Source: Caulobacteraceae bacterium (GTDB lineage Bacteria; Pseudomonadota; Alphaproteobacteria; Caulobacterales; Caulobacteraceae). From it: DNA of 64,000 nucleotides. The stretch covers positions 1,507 to 65,506 of the forward strand of contig JANXUA010000129.1 in NCBI GenBank assembly GCA_025352085.1, read 5' to 3'. This document shows positions 50,221 to 60,138 of the stretch, in pieces. A program made the translations under genes and the position numbers. Positions within the stretch are counted from its first letter, which is position 1. Each line of letters begins with the position of its first letter. The notes beneath the pieces were generated by a model. That model saw nothing but the letters and a program-made list of their open reading frames with translations, had not been told where the DNA came from and did no database searches.

Positions 50221-50365
50221 CTCCCTCCCCTTTATGGGGAGGGCGAGTCGCGTCAGCGACCGGGGTGGGGCTCTTTCGATCACCACCGTCGCACCACGTT
50301 TCATCGCACTTCCCCACCCCGGACGTGGCTTCGCCACGTCTCGACCCTCCCCGGAAGGGGAGGGA
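50221..50365. repeat. Family A palindromic element, copy 2
   Basis: CTCCCTCCCCTTTATGGGGAGGG..GGGGTGGGG..TTCCCCACCCC..CCCTCCCCGGAAGGGGAGGGA. Confidence 0.85.
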
Positions 50366-50412
50366 AAGATCAGTTCTTTGGAAAACCCCGCCGCCTCGCT
50401 AAAAGCGTCGCC

Positions 50413-52087
50413 ATGTCTCCGCGCGTGATTTCCGATCGTCTCGTCGTCGCCTCGGTGCAGGCCAATCCGACCGTCGGCGATATCGACGGCAACGCCGCCA
50501 GGGCGCGCGATCTGATGCGCCAAGCGAGCGCGCTGGGCGCGGATATCGCCCTGTTTCCCGAATTGTTCCTGATCGGCTATCCGCCTGAGGATCTGGCCCT
50601 GAAGCCGGCGGCGGTGCGGGCGTGCAAACGCGCGCTAGAGCGGCTGGCGAGCGAGACGGCCGGCGGCTGCGCGGGCCTGATCACCCTGGCCTGGCCCGGC
50701 GACGACGGTCGGCCGCGCAACGCGGTCGCCCTGATCGACGGCGGCGAGGTGCGCGGCGTTTCGTTCAAGCTGGACCTGCCCAACTATGGCGTGTTCGACG
50801 AAAAGCGTATCTTCGCGCCGGGCGCGGAGCCGGGCCTGTTCGATTTCGGCGGCGTGAAGATCGGCGTGCCGATCTGCGAGGATATCTGGGGGGGCGGCCC
50901 GTGCGCCGAGCTGAAGACCCAGGGGGCCGAGATCATTCTGGTGCCCAACGGTTCGCCGTTCCGCCGCACCTCGCAGGCCGAGCGGCTGGAGGTGGCGCGC
51001 GAGCGCGCCCGCGAAACCGGCCTGCCGCTGATCTACGTCAACCAGGTCGGCGGCCAGGACGAACTGGTGTTCGACGGCGGGTCCTTCGCCGTCGATGCGG
51101 AGGGCATGGTGTGCATGCGCCTGCCGATGTTCGCCGAAGACCTGGCGGTGTCGACCTGGACGCGCGGAACGTGCGGCTGGGACTGCGCGGATGCGCCGAT
51201 GGCCGACTGGCCGAGCGCGCCGGAGACCTATTACCACGCGATGGTGGCGGGGCTGCGCGACTATGTGCGCAAATCGGGGTTCAAGGGTGTCCTGCTCGGC
51301 CTCTCCGGCGGGGTGGATTCGGCGATTTCCCTGGTCGTGGCCCGCGACGCCCTGGGCGCCGACAACGTCAAGGCCTTCATGCTGCCCTCGCGCTACACCA
51401 GTCCTGACAGCCTCGAGGACGCCGCCACCTGCGCGAAAGGCGCCGGCGTGGCTCTCGACGAAATCGCTATCGCCCCGGCCGTCGCGGCGTTCGAGACCAT
51501 GCTGGCGCCCGCCTTCGCCGGCCGCGCGCCCGACATCACCGAGGAAAACATCCAGGCGCGCATCCGCGGCGTCACCCTGATGGCGCTTTCCAACAAGCTC
51601 GGCCTGATGCTGATGACCACCGGCAACAAGTCGGAAATGGCCGTCGGCTACGCCACCCTCTATGGCGACATGTGCGGCGGCTATAATGTGCTCAAAGACC
51701 TCTACAAGGAGGAGGTCTACGCCGTCTGCCATTGGCGCAACGCCCACGCCGCCTATGACGGGCCGCTCAACCCGATCCCGCAGCGCATCCTCACCAAAGC
51801 CCCGTCGGCGGAGCTGCGCCCCAACCAGACCGATCAGGACAGCCTGCCGCCTTACGAAGTCCTCGACGCCATATTGCACGGTCTGGTGGAGGAAGAGGCG
51901 ACGCTGGACGAAATCGTCGCGCGCGGCCACGACGGCGCCGTCGTCGAGCGGGTGCAGCGCCTGCTCTACGGCTCGGAATACAAGCGCCGTCAGGTCGCCC
52001 GGCGTCAAGATCGGCCCCCGCGCCTTCGGCCGCGACCGCCGCTATCCGATCGTCAACGGCTTCCGGGATCGGGTGACGAAGACGTAA
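50413..52087 (+). CDS. nadE: Glutamine-dependent NAD+ synthetase with a frameshift at ~51994 (pseudogene or assembly error)
   Basis: FPELFL.GYPPED, NYGVFDEKR, ICEDIW, GLSGGVDS, NIQARIRG, TGNKSE, PSAELRPNQ; C-terminal PGVKIGPRAFGRDRRYPI lies in the +1 frame. Confidence 0.92.
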
Positions 52088-52136
52088 AACCCTTCCCTCC
52101 TCCAGGGAGCCACCGGATTCATACATCGTCGTTTTT

Positions 52137-52279
52137 CTTCTCCCCCGTTCTTGGCGGGGGAGAAGGTGGCGCGAAGCGCCGGATGAGGGGGCGCCGCAAC
52201 CGCCGCGATCTCTCCGGAAAGACCCGTCACGCGGATAAACCCCTCACCCTGCCCTCTCCCCGCAAGAACGGGGAGAGGG
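52137..52279. repeat. Family A-related palindromic element (divergent)
   Basis: CTTCTCCCC..GGGGAGAAG / GATGAGGGG..CCCCTCACC / CCCTCTCCC..GGGAGAGGG. Confidence 0.7.
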
Positions 52280-52344
52280 ATAAAATTGAGACATTCTCGC
52301 GATATATGAATGCCGTGGCCCCTTTTTTCGGGAGGGAAAAACTT

Positions 52345-54381
52345 CTACTTCCTGAACTCCACCTCGATCCAGCGTTTCAGCGCATCCACGCTCTGCGGCC
52401 GGCCGAGGAAGCCCTTCACCAGTTCGGCGGCCGGCGCGGTCGCGCCCCGGTTGATCACCGCGCGGCGATAGCGCAGGGCCGCCGGGTCGTCGATCGGGTC
52501 GGCGGCGTTGAATTTCTCGAAGAAATCGACCGCGATCACCTTATCGAGCACATAGGTGTAATAGTTCGAACTGTAGCCGGTCAGATGGGTGAAGGCGGCG
52601 AAGACATTGGCCCCCTCCAGCGGCAATATGGGCGAGAACCGCCGCTGGTCGTCCTGATAGAGCGCGGTGAATTTGATCGCCGCCGGATCCATCTGGTGAA
52701 TTTGCAGCGAATAGGTCGAGAAGGTCAGCTGGCGCTGAACCCAGTCGGCGCGGCCGTAGGCGTCGGCGCGATTCATCCTGGCGATGGTCGCGGCGGGCAG
52801 AATCTCGCCGGTCTTATAATCCTTGGCGAAGCCCTGCAGCACCTTGGGCGAATGGAACATTTCCTCCAGCATCTGCGACGGCGCCTCGACGAAATCACCC
52901 TCGACGTTGAAGCCACCCTCGCCCGACCAACGGCCCTGGCTGCCCAGGACGTGGTGCATGAGGTGGCCGAACTCGTGGAAGAAGGTGACGACGTCGCCGT
53001 ATTCCATCAGCCCCGGATCGCCGGCCTGACTGCCGGGGAAGTTGCAAATCAGCACCCCTTCGGGCAGCTGCGTTCCGGCCTTGCCCGGCGTCACCGGCGC
53101 GGAGGAGAACCATTTATCCTTGCCGTCGCGCGGGTGCATGTCGAGGTAGATGCGCCCGACTTTCTTGCCCTGGTCGTAGACATCGAAGGTGGCGACGCCG
53201 GCATCCCACACCTTGGCGCCGGCGACCGGTTTGAAGCTGACGTGGAAGAAGCGGCCGGCGGCGTCGAGGATGCCCGCCTGAACCGCCTCATACGGGAAAA
53301 ACCGCCGCACCGACTGGGAATCGAAATTATAGGTCCCGCGCCGGTACTGCTCGCGCCAATAACCGGAGTCGGCGTCGGTCAGCGGCAGGGCCGATGCGTC
53401 CTTTTGCCGGACGAAGTCGGCCAGAGCGTCGGTTTCGCGCTTGGCGTCGGGCCGCGAGGCGGCATCGACCTCTGCGAGGAAGGCTTTCAGCCTGGCGGTC
53501 GAACCGATCATCTGATCGGCGGTCGCCAGATCGGCCCAGGTGGCGTAGCCGAGCAGATTGGCCAAGTCCTTGCGCGCTTGCAAGAGGTCGCGCAGCACCG
53601 CCTCGTTCTTGGGATAGGCGCGATTGGTGTAGGCGAGACTCATGCGCCGGCGCAGATCCTTGTTCGCCGCGAATTTCAGCACCGGGGTCACGTCCGGCTG
53701 GTCGGTGGTCAGGGCGATCGCGCCGTCGGCGGCGGCCGGATGGCGGCTGACGAAGTCGGCCGGCAGGCCGGTGAGTTCGTCGGCCTTGGCCTGAATGGTC
53801 AGCTTGCCGTCCTGCACATTGCGCCCAAACTGCAACGACAGGTCGGTCATGCGGTCCTGCAGCGCCTTGACCTTGGCGCGGGTAGCGTCGTCGCGATCGA
53901 CGCCCGCCAGGCGATATTCGAGCAGGGTTCGGGCGAGATAGTGCCGCGTCGCCGCGTCGGCGCTCTTGGCTCCCGGCGTGCGCGCCAGCGCCTGCAGGGC
54001 CACGTAGACATCGTGATTGAGGGAAAGTTCGGTGTTCGCCGACGAGACGGCCTGGGTCAGCGCCTGCCCCTTGTCGCGGATCTCCGCGCTGTCGCCGACC
54101 GAATAAAGCAGACTGGTCTGATCGCCGGCGAGGGCGAGCTCGTTCTGCGCCCGGTCAAACGGCTCCAGCGTGTTGGCGACGGTGCGGGCGCCCTTGACGG
54201 CCAGGAGATCGGCGACCGCCTTGCGCTCGGCCGCCAGATGGCCCTGCGTCCATTGCTCGAGCCCGGCGGTGGAGCCGGTGAGCCAGCCGTGCAGAGGGTC
54301 CTGCCCCGTCGTCCGGGCGGATGCGCCGCCCGCAAGGACGATCGCCAGAACGGCGCTCGTCGTCATGAAGGTTCTGGTCAT
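52345..54381 (-). CDS. Secreted M3 family metallopeptidase (thimet oligopeptidase-like)
   Basis: Signal peptide; YLDMHPRDGK, FFHEFGHLMH, DFVEAPSQMLE, HL.GY...YY.Y. Confidence 0.94.
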   Translation of the reverse strand: MTRTFMTTSAVLAIVLAGGASARTTGQDPLHGWLTGSTAGLEQWTQGHLAAERKAVADLLAVKGARTVANTLEPFDRAQNELALAGDQTSLLYSVGDSAEIRDKGQALTQAVSSANTELSLNHDVYVALQALARTPGAKSADAATRHYLARTLLEYRLAGVDRDDATRAKVKALQDRMTDLSLQFGRNVQDGKLTIQAKADELTGLPADFVSRHPAAADGAIALTTDQPDVTPVLKFAANKDLRRRMSLAYTNRAYPKNEAVLRDLLQARKDLANLLGYATWADLATADQMIGSTARLKAFLAEVDAASRPDAKRETDALADFVRQKDASALPLTDADSGYWREQYRRGTYNFDSQSVRRFFPYEAVQAGILDAAGRFFHVSFKPVAGAKVWDAGVATFDVYDQGKKVGRIYLDMHPRDGKDKWFSSAPVTPGKAGTQLPEGVLICNFPGSQAGDPGLMEYGDVVTFFHEFGHLMHHVLGSQGRWSGEGGFNVEGDFVEAPSQMLEEMFHSPKVLQGFAKDYKTGEILPAATIARMNRADAYGRADWVQRQLTFSTYSLQIHQMDPAAIKFTALYQDDQRRFSPILPLEGANVFAAFTHLTGYSSNYYTYVLDKVIAVDFFEKFNAADPIDDPAALRYRRAVINRGATAPAAELVKGFLGRPQSVDALKRWIEVEFRK

Positions 54382-54502
54382 GGTCGCTCTCTCCCCGTTC
54401 GGGCCTGTGTCATCGTCGGTGGGTGTCGCCGATTGTCGTGCAACGGTGCGCCGACCGCAATCGCGTCAGGCGTTTTATCCACGACCGTCGAGCACGGCGC
54501 CG

Positions 54503-55099
54503 TCAAATGGGAGCGCCGAACGCGGGATGGACCGGCGCCGCCGCCATCGCCCGCGCCGCCGGCAAAATCTCCGCCACCGTCTTCACCGAACGCCAGCTCT
54601 CGCCGAACCAATCGGGCGTGAGGTCTTGATCGACGAAGGCGGCGAATATGGCGAACAGCGGGTCCCAGAAGCCGCCCGGGTTGTAAAACACGATCGGCTT
54701 GGCGTGGACGCCCAGGCGCCGCCAGGACAGGATCTCGACCGCCTCCTCCAGGGTGCCGATGCCGCCCGGCAGAACGACGAAGGCGTCGGACTCCTCGAAC
54801 ATGCGCGCCTTGCGCTCATGCATGGTGCTGACGACGACGGTGTCCACGCCCGGTACGGTGTGTTCGACCTGGGTGAGGAAGTCGGGAATGATCCCCAGCA
54901 CGCGACCGCCGGCCTTGAGGGCGGCGCGGGCGCAGGCGCCCATCAGGCCCATGCCGCCGCCGCCGTAGACCAGACGCAGGTCTTCCCTGGCGAGGGTGGC
55001 GCCGAACCGGGCGGCGGCGTCCAGCCACGCCGGCCCGGCCGCGTCGGACGAGCCGCAATAGACGCAGATGGTGTCGAGCCGGCGAGGGTTTGACGACAT
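54503..55099 (-). CDS. LOG family protein (TIGR00730-like)
   Basis: VYCGSS, LVYGGG..GLMG, MHERK..M, PGGIGTLEE. Confidence 0.92.
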   Translation of the reverse strand: MSSNPRRLDTICVYCGSSDAAGPAWLDAAARFGATLAREDLRLVYGGGGMGLMGACARAALKAGGRVLGIIPDFLTQVEHTVPGVDTVVVSTMHERKARMFEESDAFVVLPGGIGTLEEAVEILSWRRLGVHAKPIVFYNPGGFWDPLFAIFAAFVDQDLTPDWFGESWRSVKTVAEILPAARAMAAAPVHPAFGAPI

Positions 55100-55237
55100 T
55101 GGGCGCTGGAACTCCGATTCGCTGATGTTTTCGCTGGCGTTTCGCGCCCGGTGTAACCATGTGGGAGGCGTGATGGCGAGTGACGAAGCAACAAATTCGC
55201 AAGGCCGCGTGACGGGCGCCGGCGGCGAGGTCCGCGC

Positions 55238-57202
55238 TTGAGCTACGCCCACCCCGGAACCCGGCACAACGCCGCGCCGGTCGGCGGGCCGACCAAGACC
55301 CGCTTCAGCGCCTGGACATCGGTGCGCGATCTCGTCCGCCTGGTTCTGCGCTCCAAGGCGCGCGGCCTGAAGACCCGCCTGACCGTCGCCCTTTCGCTGG
55401 TCATCATCGGCAAATGGGCCGGGGTGATCGGGCCCCTGGCGCTGTCGGGCGCGATCGACCGGCTCAATCACGGCGTGAGCGGCGGACAGGCGGTGTTCGT
55501 GGCCTTCGCCGGGTTGGCGATGGGCTGGGTGGGTCTGAATTTCCTCGCCGCCGTCATCCCCTATCTGCGCGAAGCGATCTTCACGCCGGTGTCGCAGACG
55601 GCGATGGCCCGTTCGGCCATGGAAGCGTTCAGCCATTCACTCAGCCTGTCGATGAATTTCCACCAGGGCAAGCAGAGCGGCGCCCTGGCGCGTCTGATTG
55701 ATCGCGGCTCGCGCTCGACCGATTTTCTGCTGCGCAGCGTGGTCTTCAACCTTGGCCCCACGGTGATCCAGCTGGCCATGGCCGCCTATATTCTGACCAG
55801 CCGCTACAATGGCCTGCTGGCGATCATCGCGGTGATCACCATCGTGCTCTACATCGTGTTCACCTTCGCGATTTCCGACTGGCGCATCGCCCACCGCCGC
55901 GAATTGAACGAGGCGGACTCCGAGGTCGCCGGCCTGGCGATCGATTCGCTGATGAACTACGAAACCATCAAGACCTTCGGCGCCGAAGACCGCATGACCG
56001 GCCTCTACAACACCGCGCTCGGCCGCTACGCCCGCGCGGCGGTGAAATCCAACACCTCCCTGCAATGGCTCAACGGCATGCAGACGGTCGTGCTCAACAT
56101 CGGCATGGCGGCGGTGGTGCTGCTGGCCGGCGCGGACGTGCTGGCCGGCAAGATGACCCTGGGCGGGGTGACCGCCTGCATCCTCATCCTGCAACAGGTC
56201 TATGGCCCGCTGAACATCCTGGGCATGAGCTATCGCGAGATCCGCCAGTCGTTCATCGACATGGAGCAGATGATCGATTTGATGGCGGTCAAGGCCGATA
56301 TCGTCGACGCGCCGGACGCCCGCGACCTGCCGCCCGCCTCCGGCGTCGGCGCCGATCTCGCCTTCGCCGGCGTCGCCTTCCAGCACACCGCCCGCTCGGT
56401 CGGCCTGGACGGCGTCAGCTTCGAAACCCCGCCGGGAACCACCACCGCCCTCGTCGGCCCGTCCGGCTCGGGCAAGACCACGCTGGCGCGCCTCGCCCTG
56501 CGCCTGATCGATCCGCAGAGCGGCGTGGTGATGATCGACGGCATGGATTTGCGCGATGTCGCCCAGGCGTCGCTACGCCAGGCGGTCGCCCTGGTGCCGC
56601 AGGACGTGGCCCTGTTCAACGACACCCTGGGCGCCAACATCGCCTTCGCCAAGCCGGACGCGGCGGAGGCCGAGATATGGGCGGCGGCGGAGGCGGCTGA
56701 GCTCGCGCCATTCATCGGCTCCCTGCCGCACCAGATGGAGACACGGGTCGGCGAGCGCGGCCTGAAACTTTCCGGCGGCGAGCGTCAGCGCGTCGGACTG
56801 GCCCGCGCCCTGCTGGCTAATCCTCGTCTGTTGATCCTGGACGAGGCGACCAGCGCGCTGGACGGTCCCACCGAGGCGGCCATCCAGGCTACCTTGCGCA
56901 AGGTGCGCACCGGACGCACCACCCTGGTGGTCGCCCACCGCCTCTCGACCATCATGGACGCCGATCAGATCCTGGTGGTGCGCCGCGGCCGGATCGTCGA
57001 GCGCGGAACCCACGACGAACTGCTGGCCCGGGCCGGCGAATACGCCGCCCTGTGGCGCCGCCAGACCCGGGCTGATGCGCGCGAAGAGAAAGCCTCCCTC
57101 CCCTTTATGGGGAGGGACGAGACGAAGCGCAGCGAAGTCCGGGGTGGGGAAGTCTTGGTCACCCGCGACGCCTACGCGCTTGATGACACTTCCCCACCCT
57201 GA
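55238..57202 (+). CDS. ATM1-type ABC half-transporter; last ~35 aa encoded by a repeat
   Basis: TMD plus Walker A GPSGSGKT, LSGGERQR, LDEATSALD, AHRLST. Confidence 0.92.
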   Translation: MSYAHPGTRHNAAPVGGPTKTRFSAWTSVRDLVRLVLRSKARGLKTRLTVALSLVIIGKWAGVIGPLALSGAIDRLNHGVSGGQAVFVAFAGLAMGWVGLNFLAAVIPYLREAIFTPVSQTAMARSAMEAFSHSLSLSMNFHQGKQSGALARLIDRGSRSTDFLLRSVVFNLGPTVIQLAMAAYILTSRYNGLLAIIAVITIVLYIVFTFAISDWRIAHRRELNEADSEVAGLAIDSLMNYETIKTFGAEDRMTGLYNTALGRYARAAVKSNTSLQWLNGMQTVVLNIGMAAVVLLAGADVLAGKMTLGGVTACILILQQVYGPLNILGMSYREIRQSFIDMEQMIDLMAVKADIVDAPDARDLPPASGVGADLAFAGVAFQHTARSVGLDGVSFETPPGTTTALVGPSGSGKTTLARLALRLIDPQSGVVMIDGMDLRDVAQASLRQAVALVPQDVALFNDTLGANIAFAKPDAAEAEIWAAAEAAELAPFIGSLPHQMETRVGERGLKLSGGERQRVGLARALLANPRLLILDEATSALDGPTEAAIQATLRKVRTGRTTLVVAHRLSTIMDADQILVVRRGRIVERGTHDELLARAGEYAALWRRQTRADAREEKASLPFMGRDETKRSEVRGGEVLVTRDAYALDDTSPP

Positions 57203-57244
57203 CGGCGCTTTGCGCCGTCTGTCCCTCCCCATAAAGGGGAGGGA
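57094..57244. repeat. Family A palindromic element, copy 3 (overlaps transporter 3' end)
   Basis: Same three-hairpin layout as 2648 and 50221. Confidence 0.87.
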
Positions 57245-57268
57245 GGAAGAAAACGAGGAACCCACCCC

Positions 57269-57709
57269 ATGAAATATCTGCACACCATGGTCCGCGTGAC
57301 CGATCTGGCCGAGGCGCTGGATTTCTATTGCGCCAAGCTGGGCCTCGCCGAGGTATCGCGGGTCGACAATCCCGCCGGGCGGTTCACCCTGGTGTTTCTG
57401 GCCGCGCCGGACGATGCGCAAACCGCCGAGGCCCACCGCGCGCCGACGATCGAGCTGACGCACAACTGGGATCCCGAGCCCTATGACGGCGGCCGCAATT
57501 TCGGCCACCTCGCCTATCAGGTCGACGACATCTACGCCGCCTGCCGGCGTCTGGCGGACGGCGGCGTGACCATCAACCGCCCGCCGCGCGACGGCCGCAT
57601 GGCCTTCGTCCGCTCGCCGGACGGCATTTCCATCGAGCTGCTGCAAAAAGGCCCGGCCTTCGCCGCCGCCGAGCCGTGGGTGTCAATGCCCAACGTCGGG
57701 GTCTGGTAG
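57269..57709 (+). CDS. gloA: Lactoylglutathione lyase (VOC family)
   Basis: [38 protein letters not shown]. Confidence 0.9.
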   Translation: MKYLHTMVRVTDLAEALDFYCAKLGLAEVSRVDNPAGRFTLVFLAAPDDAQTAEAHRAPTIELTHNWDPEPYDGGRNFGHLAYQVDDIYAACRRLADGGVTINRPPRDGRMAFVRSPDGISIELLQKGPAFAAAEPWVSMPNVGVW

Positions 57710-58657
57710 CGGGGGTCCGCCAACGTCGGGGCCGGGCAGGTCCGGCATGGGCGGCGGCGCGGGGGTCTGATAGGCGGCGCGCAGCCAGCCGACGGCGGCG
57801 TTGACGTAGGCGCGATCGCGCGACAGGGGCGAGACGTGCGTCGCCCCGGGCGCGTCGAGGATCCAGGCGTGGTCGGCCCGCGTGGCCGGGGCGATCTCGG
57901 CGGCGTGAAACGCTTGCGCCAACGGCGATTTGGGGTGGGTGTCGCCGACAATGACCACGGTCGGAATATGGCGCACGTCGCCCGGCAGGTCGCGGACGGC
58001 CGTGAGGCCCGGAATCAGCAGCCGATCCTCATCGCGCGCCACGGCCACGCAGGCGCGGCAGGTCAGGGAGCGGAACTTTGCTTGCGCCGCTTCGCCGGTC
58101 AGGCGCATCTGCGACACCAGCATCGGCGCGAGGATCGGCGCGAAACCCATGCGCTCCACGCGCGCGGCCAGTTCCGACAACTGCCGCTCCTTGACCAGGT
58201 CGGCGAGCAGCAGGGGATCGTCCAGATCGTCGTCGCCGACGCCGTTGACGTAGACCAGGCCCGCCACCCGCTCCGGCCACAGCTTGGCGAAGGCCTCGGC
58301 ATAAATGGCCCCGTTGGAATGGCCGACCAGGATGACCGGTTTGGTCTCGCCCATGTCATCGAGCAGGTCGGCCAACTGGTGCGCCCGGGCGATCACGTCC
58401 TTGGGCTCATCGGCGCCGGGCGAGTGGCCGAGGCCCGCGCGGTCGTACGCGCACACCCGTCCGCCTACCGCCAGATCCCCCAGCACGAACTGCCAGTCCG
58501 CCGAAGTTCCGAAGGCGCCGGCCTCCAGGATCACCGTCGGCGACGATGACGGCGCGCCGCGGCAATCGACGAACAGATGCGGCGCGGCGGCGTGGGCGAC
58601 GCCCGCGCACAGCACACAAACAAACGCCATGACGCGCGCGACCATGCGAAACACCAT
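57683..58657 (-). CDS. Exported alpha/beta hydrolase
   Basis: YDRAGLGHS, nucleophile elbow GHSNG, ATHVS; signal-like N-terminus. Confidence 0.85.
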   Translation of the reverse strand: MVFRMVARVMAFVCVLCAGVAHAAAPHLFVDCRGAPSSSPTVILEAGAFGTSADWQFVLGDLAVGGRVCAYDRAGLGHSPGADEPKDVIARAHQLADLLDDMGETKPVILVGHSNGAIYAEAFAKLWPERVAGLVYVNGVGDDDLDDPLLLADLVKERQLSELAARVERMGFAPILAPMLVSQMRLTGEAAQAKFRSLTCRACVAVARDEDRLLIPGLTAVRDLPGDVRHIPTVVIVGDTHPKSPLAQAFHAAEIAPATRADHAWILDAPGATHVSPLSRDRAYVNAAVGWLRAAYQTPAPPPMPDLPGPDVGGPPLPDPDVGH

Positions 58658-58856
58658 AGCCACGGCTTTGCCCGCCCGCCATGTCGGTTTTTCGGCGCGG
58701 GCGATACGGGGATGAAATGTGGAGAGGAGCGTGATGGTTCGCCGTGGTGTGGTCGCGAGGACCAGATCGCGGCGCCTTTTCTTGCCACGTCCGCAAATTG
58801 ATCGATAGTGACCGCGAGGCGCGCGCTTGTCGCCGCGCCTCGCCGGGAGACAAACG

Positions 58857-59348
58857 ATGGGCCAAAATGGGAGAACGACGCCGCGCTGCAACTTAGCGCG
58901 CACGCTTGGCGCCATGCTCGCGCTTGGCGTGACCACGGTGCACGCACAGGATGTCGCGACCCTGGACGGGACTTGGGAAGGCTCGCTGACCATGGTCCAC
59001 GGCGCCGGCCTGCGGCAGCAAGACTCTCCGCCACAGACATGGCGGTTGGTCATCAACGGCGACACCGCGCGCGCCTTCATACTCCGGGGCGGGAAGGTCG
59101 AGGAAATCAAGCCCGGTAAATTCCGGCTCCCACGCGACCGCTCCAACGCCGTCATGACCGCGGTCGATTCAGGCCGAGACACAGATGGCGAATGGATCGA
59201 GACCGAAGCTTTCGAGCTGTTGTTCAAATCGCCTGGCGACGTCCTGGTGACATTCGCGGGCGCGGTGAACAATGTCAGCGAGCCGCTGGACAAGCCAACC
59301 AGCAAATTCATGACGCTACGGACCGGCGAGTTTCACCCGGCCAAATAG
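58857..59348 (+). CDS. Exported hypothetical protein
   Basis: RBS GGGAGA; signal peptide ending VHA; LDGTWEG. Confidence 0.65.
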   Translation: MGQNGRTTPRCNLARTLGAMLALGVTTVHAQDVATLDGTWEGSLTMVHGAGLRQQDSPPQTWRLVINGDTARAFILRGGKVEEIKPGKFRLPRDRSNAVMTAVDSGRDTDGEWIETEAFELLFKSPGDVLVTFAGAVNNVSEPLDKPTSKFMTLRTGEFHPAK

Positions 59349-59509
59349 CGCGTGATGTCTTGCCGCGTGGGCGTCGCGGCCTATCGAACGACGCCACGCC
59401 GTAATGCGGGGTCGGCCGCGCGAATGCGTCGCCATCCGCCAACTCACCCAAGACGGCCGCTAAGGCGTCTTCTTCGCCAGCCGCCAGATCGCCACCATCG
59501 ACTTGACCT

Positions 59510-59726
59510 TACGCCAACGGAGAAATCCGCCTGTGCGCCGATGGCTCGGGGCGGATCAGCGATATTCCGCTCGCCGTCTGGGAGTTCGCGGTCAGCGGCT
59601 ATCGCCTGCTGCCACGCTGGCTGGCCGCGCGCGCGGCGCTGGCGATCGGCCCGACCTTCATCCCCGAATTGCGCGACATCGCCGCGCGCATCGCCGAACG
59701 GATTGACCTCTTCGCGCGAGCCGATA
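59510..59726 (+). pseudogene. C-terminal fragment of a type ISP restriction-modification enzyme
   Basis: No start codon; translates to ISDIPLAVWEFAVSGYRLLPRWLAAR...LRDIAARIAERIDLF. Confidence 0.6.
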
Positions 59727-59898
59727 CCAATCCGACAGGCCTTGCTCCAGTCTGATTGCCCGCTGATCCGGCAGAATCTTTTGAACGCCGAAGGCGATTT
59801 CCGCGATTTGTCACCGTCGGCAGGGCAAGTTCGGTGTCATGCTGGACGAGCCACCCGATCACGGCCGGGTCCGGCGATTTGCGCAGGGTCTCGGAAAG
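59727..59898 (-). pseudogene. Internal fragment of a PIN-domain VapC/FitB toxin with a +1 frameshift
   Basis: SETLRKSPDPAVIGWLVQHDTELALPTVT / extra A ~59808 / IAEIAFGVQKILPDQRAIRLEQGLSDW. Confidence 0.75.
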
Positions 59899-60138
59899 CC
59901 TAGGTTCGGCGATGGGAATCTCCGTCTCACGACAAGAGTGGATATCGCCCCTGCCATCAAGATGGCAGGTGATGGCTTGTTGGCAAACCGCGGACCCTTC
60001 GCTCGGCCGCCGACGCTGTCGAAACGAGCCTGGGCGTGTCGGAATTACGCCAAACGCCAAGCAGGCCATTTATGCGCCGATCGCGCGCATTTAACATATC
60101 CACTCGGTCGGGTTAAAAAGTTCGAAATTTTCGAACAT

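Noticed and set aside
50092-54621. 1509-aa ORF suggesting a giant NadE fusion
   Set aside because: Only 50413 to ~51993 is NadE; the remainder is the open antisense frame of the M3 peptidase reached through the frameshift.
55238-57709. Glutathione module (ATM1 + gloA, with gshA 40 kb away)
   Set aside because: Only adjacency of two common genes; no further support.
59839-60138. 100-aa N-terminal extension of Fic in the ORF track
   Set aside because: It overlaps the VapC relic and the AT-rich promoter; Fic-like sequence begins near 60139-60151.
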